Shown here in pieces: positions 13,944 through 16,781 of a stretch of DNA of 16,781 nucleotides. The stretch's first letter is position 1. Each line of letters opens with the position of its first letter. Source of the DNA: an uncultured Bacilli bacterium (GTDB lineage: Bacteria; Bacillota_I; Bacilli_A; RF39; UBA660); assembly GCA_934168005.1 (NCBI GenBank), contig CAKPMN010000019.1, positions 1 through 16,781 on the forward strand, written 5' to 3'. The notes beneath the pieces were generated by a model that saw only the letters and a list, made by a program, of their open reading frames with translations, did not search any database and was not told the origin of the DNA. A program made the position numbers and the translations under genes.

Positions 13944-16781
13944 TTATGACCCTAAATATGTTATCTTAGCATAACCATCGCCTGTATTACCAACAACTGT
14001 CTTCCCTTCTTTTGATGGCATACCAGATGATGAACCAGATTTCTCCGTTGTCCAAGGATAACCAGCCCCATCAATCATTTGTGTATTAATAAAGGTATAT
14101 CCAGTATACGATATTGAATCAACTAACTTAGAATATGTTGATGCAAGTGACTTTCCTGATGAATTAACACCTATACATCCAGCATGACCAGATATATAGC
14201 TAGAGCCACCAGAATTTAATCCTGAAGCATAACTTCCTCCTGCTCCACCATACCAACCGCTTCCACCGCCTCCGGCAGCCCAAGTATACGAAACAGAATC
14301 TCCACCAAAACCAAAACCACCACCTTGTCCAGAATAATTAGAAAATGGTTTTCCACCAGCTATTTGATTAGCAGCTGTTCCAGAATAACTAGACGAGTTA
14401 CTAGTTCCGCTTCCTATATTACTTATAAGGCCTCCACCAGCTCCACCAGTACTATACCAAGAAGAATTATCATGAGCAGATCCGCCTCCGCCACCAGCCG
14501 CAACCATAATTCTTGACTTTAATGAAGTAGCCTCATTCCATGAGCTTAACAAAGACGTAGCAATAGTTCTAATATCTGTCGCTCCGCCTCCTCCACTTCC
14601 TGTTCCTTTAGCAGAAAGTCCTTTACCTCCGCCATTCCAGCCACCATTTACATACATATAGCCTTTTGGCATTTCTCCAACATATATGTATAATTTTTGA
14701 CCAACATTTAATTTTATTTCTCCATACGTATAACCTCCAAAACCGCCTGGCTTACCATTTGATCCACCTTGGGCTCCCCATAATTCAATTGCATACGTTC
14801 CCGCTTTGTTAACTGTAAACAGCTGATAAGTTTGTGAAAAGTAAAAATATTCGTTGTTTTCATTTGATTTAGTTGTCAAATTTTTTTCTCCTAGATATGT
14901 TATTTTTACTTTTCCGGAACCTTCAGACTGTCCGCTTTCCATACTTGCATTATTGAAATAGTAGCCACTGTAGTGATAAGCATTACCACTATGAATAATT
15001 GACGATTTTTCACTATTCTCATAAATCGAAGAACATCCTTCATATCCTGATATATATGAAGTTCCTCCATTAGTAGGTCCTGCTGCATAAGTCGATCCTG
15101 TACCTCCATAATATCCGCCTCCTCCTCCGCCACCGGCCCAATCGTTAGTTTGACTATTACCGCCATAGCCAAACTCTCCATTTTCTGAGGGATTGTTATT
15201 AGATAATGGAAAACCACCTATCGTCTGTGTTGGAACTGATGGCATATAACCATTTGCATTTGAACTTCCAGTTCCATTTATTCCAGTAAGTCCGCCTCCT
15301 GCTCCACCTGTACTATACCAAGAAGAAGCATCATGATTAGCTCCGCCACCGCCTCCTGATGCAACCATAATTCTCGTCTTTAATGAGCTAAATTCTTTCC
15401 AATCATCATTCAAAATTAATCTTATATCTGTTGCTCCGCCTCCGCCACCTCCTGTTCCTTTAGCAGAAGTTCCTTTACCTCCGCCATTCCAACCGCCATT
15501 TTCAAATAGAGGTTGTTCACCTACATAGACGTATAAATTTTTGATTTTATCAGTATCTAGATAAATATTTCCAGAAGTATACGCTCCTTTTCCACCAGTT
15601 CTTCCATATGATCCACCTTGAGCTCCCCATAATTCTATTCTATAAGTTCCCGTTTTTTCTATATTAAATTTCTGGTATTGTCCAGAAAATACATAATTTC
15701 TATTGTACATATTATCAGTTTTTTCTAAACTATCTTTAACAATAACTGATTGTAGGGTAATTTTTGCATAGCCATTTCCAGACCTTTGTGCTGACTTCAT
15801 TTCTGTGTTTACAAAATACTTACCGCTGTAATGATATGCACTTCCATTATGGATTATATTTATTATCGTACTTTCTTCTTCTATTGAAGAACATCCATTA
15901 TGTCCACTTATATAACTAGATCCACCAGATGTATATGAGCAAGCATATGCAGAACCAGCTCCGCCGTAATATCCGCCACCGCCTCCACTTCCAGCCCAAT
16001 TATTAGTTTGACTATCTCCTCCTCTTCCAAAACTTCCTGATTGTCCTGGATAAGTTTTTGTAATCGATACTCCACCATATGACTGGCTAGGTGCAAGTGT
16101 TTTGTAGCTTGAAGCGTTACTACTCAAAGTCAGTGATATTTCTCCTGCAAAAGTACCTCCATTTCCTCCAGAACTATACCAATCATTTGCGTGAACACAT
16201 CCACCTGCTCCTCCTGCTGCAACCATAATTCTTGACTTTAATGATTCAAAATCTGACCATTGATCTTGGCTTGTACTGTTTGTTAACCTTATATCAGTGG
16301 CCCCGCCTCCTCCGCCTCCAGTCCCACTGCTTGAATAACCATTTCCGCCTCCATTCCAACCACCTGTTATTGAGGTTGGTTGTCCACCTACATATACATA
16401 TAAAATTTCCCCCGCATTTAAATATATTTCTCCTGATGTATACGATCCTTTTCCACCAGTACTATTAGATGTATTTACAGTTTTTCCTTGGGCTCCCCAT
16501 AGTTCTATTTTGTAGTATCCTGAAAATACGGCTTTAAATGTTTGGTATTTTCCTGTATAGTCATATGTTTTTGTTATCTCAGCATTTATATCTGTTCCTG
16601 TTAAATCTACATAATTATTTTTTAAATTAACATAGTATAACATTGTCCATGATTCACCGTTATAAACATATGATTTCTTTAATACCCATTTATTATTTTC
16701 ATACTGCATTACATAACTTATACCGATTCTATTCCAGTCACTTGTTACATAATAATTACTTGTATTATCTTGTACTATCCA
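13944..16781 (-). CDS. Very large glycine-rich repeat protein with three tandem ALK/LTK-type glycine-rich-domain-like modules; 5' end lies outside the window
   Basis: The frame stays open from the TAA stop at 13944-13946 to the window edge. Upstream of the listed ATG (16709) there are 24 more sense codons (WIVQDNTSNYYVTSDWNRIGISYV) and no SD. Three modules carry the same ordered motifs. Confidence 0.85.
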   Translation of the reverse strand, partial: WIVQDNTSNYYVTSDWNRIGISYVMQYENNKWVLKKSYVYNGESWTMLYYVNLKNNYVDLTGTDINAEITKTYDYTGKYQTFKAVFSGYYKIELWGAQGKTVNTSNSTGGKGSYTSGEIYLNAGEILYVYVGGQPTSITGGWNGGGNGYSSSGTGGGGGGATDIRLTNSTSQDQWSDFESLKSRIMVAAGGAGGCVHANDWYSSGGNGGTFAGEISLTLSSNASSYKTLAPSQSYGGVSITKTYPGQSGSFGRGGDSQTNNWAGSGGGGGYYGGAGSAYACSYTSGGSSYISGHNGCSSIEEESTIINIIHNGSAYHYSGKYFVNTEMKSAQRSGNGYAKITLQSVIVKDSLEKTDNMYNRNYVFSGQYQKFNIEKTGTYRIELWGAQGGSYGRTGGKGAYTSGNIYLDTDKIKNLYVYVGEQPLFENGGWNGGGKGTSAKGTGGGGGGATDIRLILNDDWKEFSSLKTRIMVASGGGGGANHDASSWYSTGGAGGGLTGINGTGSSNANGYMPSVPTQTIGGFPLSNNNPSENGEFGYGGNSQTNDWAGGGGGGGYYGGTGSTYAAGPTNGGTSYISGYEGCSSIYENSEKSSIIHSGNAYHYSGYYFNNASMESGQSEGSGKVKITYLGEKNLTTKSNENNEYFYFSQTYQLFTVNKAGTYAIELWGAQGGSNGKPGGFGGYTYGEIKLNVGQKLYIYVGEMPKGYMYVNGGWNGGGKGLSAKGTGSGGGGATDIRTIATSLLSSWNEATSLKSRIMVAAGGGGGSAHDNSSWYSTGGAGGGLISNIGSGTSNSSSYSGTAANQIAGGKPFSNYSGQGGGFGFGGDSVSYTWAAGGGGSGWYGGAGGSYASGLNSGGSSYISGHAGCIGVNSSGKSLASTYSKLVDSISYTGYTFINTQMIDGAGYPWTTEKSGSSSGMPSKEGKTVVGNTGDGYAKITYLGS
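13947..14849 (-). repeat. Glycine-rich module 3 (aa 621-921), with a longer C-terminal tail
   Basis: YFYFSQTYQLF...YAIELWGAQGG...GGFGGYTYGEIKL...LYIYVGE...GGWNGGG...GTGSGGGGATDIR...SLKSRIMVAAGGGGG...WYSTGGAGGG...WAAGGGGSGWYGG...GGSSYISGHAGC...GDGYAKITYLGS. Confidence 0.85.
14889..15698 (-). repeat. Glycine-rich module 2 (aa 338-607)
   Basis: NYVFSGQYQKF...YRIELWGAQGG...GGKGAYTSGNIYL...LYVYVGE...GGWNGGG...GTGGGGGGATDIRL...SLKTRIMVASGGGGG...WYSTGGAGGG...WAGGGGGGGYYGG...GGTSYISGYEGC...GSGKVKITYLG. Confidence 0.85.
15750..16571 (-). repeat. Glycine-rich module 1 (aa 47-320 of the listed ORF)
   Basis: YDYTGKYQTF...YKIELWGAQG...GGKGSYTSGEIYL...LYVYVGG...GGWNGGG...GTGGGGGGATDIRL...SLKSRIMVAAGGAGG...WAGSGGGGGYYGG...GGSSYISGHNGC...GNGYAKITLQ. 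Confidence 0.85.

Noticed and set aside
14325-16468. Track ORFs 14325-14516 (+), 16232-16468 (+), 14906-15217 (-) and 15908-16096 (-) inside the glycine-rich gene
   Set aside because: These are alternative-frame and antisense read-throughs of GGN-rich DNA, which has few stop codons. They give Ser/Thr/Arg or Glu/Leu runs, have no RBS, and the main frame is far longer and internally repetitive.
16707-16709. ATG at 16709 as the true start of the glycine-rich protein
   Set aside because: The frame is open for all 24 codons up to the window edge. No SD precedes this ATG, and the upstream residues read like continuing protein. I treat the gene as 5'-truncated by the window.
13944-16781. GC-rich island as evidence of recent horizontal transfer, or as a collagen/PE-PGRS-like low-complexity protein
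   Set aside because: The GC excess is explained by Gly (GGN) codons. Non-Gly codons in the gene are as AT-rich as the rest of the window. The repeats have ordered hydrophobic motifs and a ~285-aa period, with no G-X-Y triplets or simple Gly-Ala runs.

Overview
Very AT-rich chromosomal segment that uses the standard genetic code (TGA and ATGA overlaps act as stops). Gene content and synteny point to a low-GC Gram-positive bacterium (Bacillota, possibly Erysipelotrichia- or Clostridia-like). The backbone is housekeeping: a TagF-like fragment, a gtrA-like gene coupled to gpsA, an ftsY-orf80-ylxM operon, rnj (RNase J), a SEDS FtsW/RodA gene, yceD-rpmF and tmcAL. Between these sit accessory singletons, each with its own sigma-A-like promoter and hairpin terminator. 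They are a HerA/DUF87 ATPase in the slot after ylxM where ffh normally sits, two orphan type IV prepilin-like genes, a small XRE regulator, an orphan sensor histidine kinase, and a membrane-anchored PTS EIIB-like domain that lacks the catalytic Cys. One pilin gene plus the XRE gene lie in a 1.27-kb segment flanked by a perfect 37-bp direct duplication of the rnj/kinase terminator. The most unusual locus is the right end (13387-16781, minus strand). It holds a very large ORF, open to the window edge, with three tandem ~285-aa glycine-rich modules whose motif order matches the ALK/LTK-type glycine-rich (polyglycine-II) domain, followed two nucleotides later by a membrane-anchored unknown. I found no rRNA, tRNA, CRISPR array, transposase or integrase. 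All calls come from reading the sequence and translations and recalling family motifs. No searches were run.
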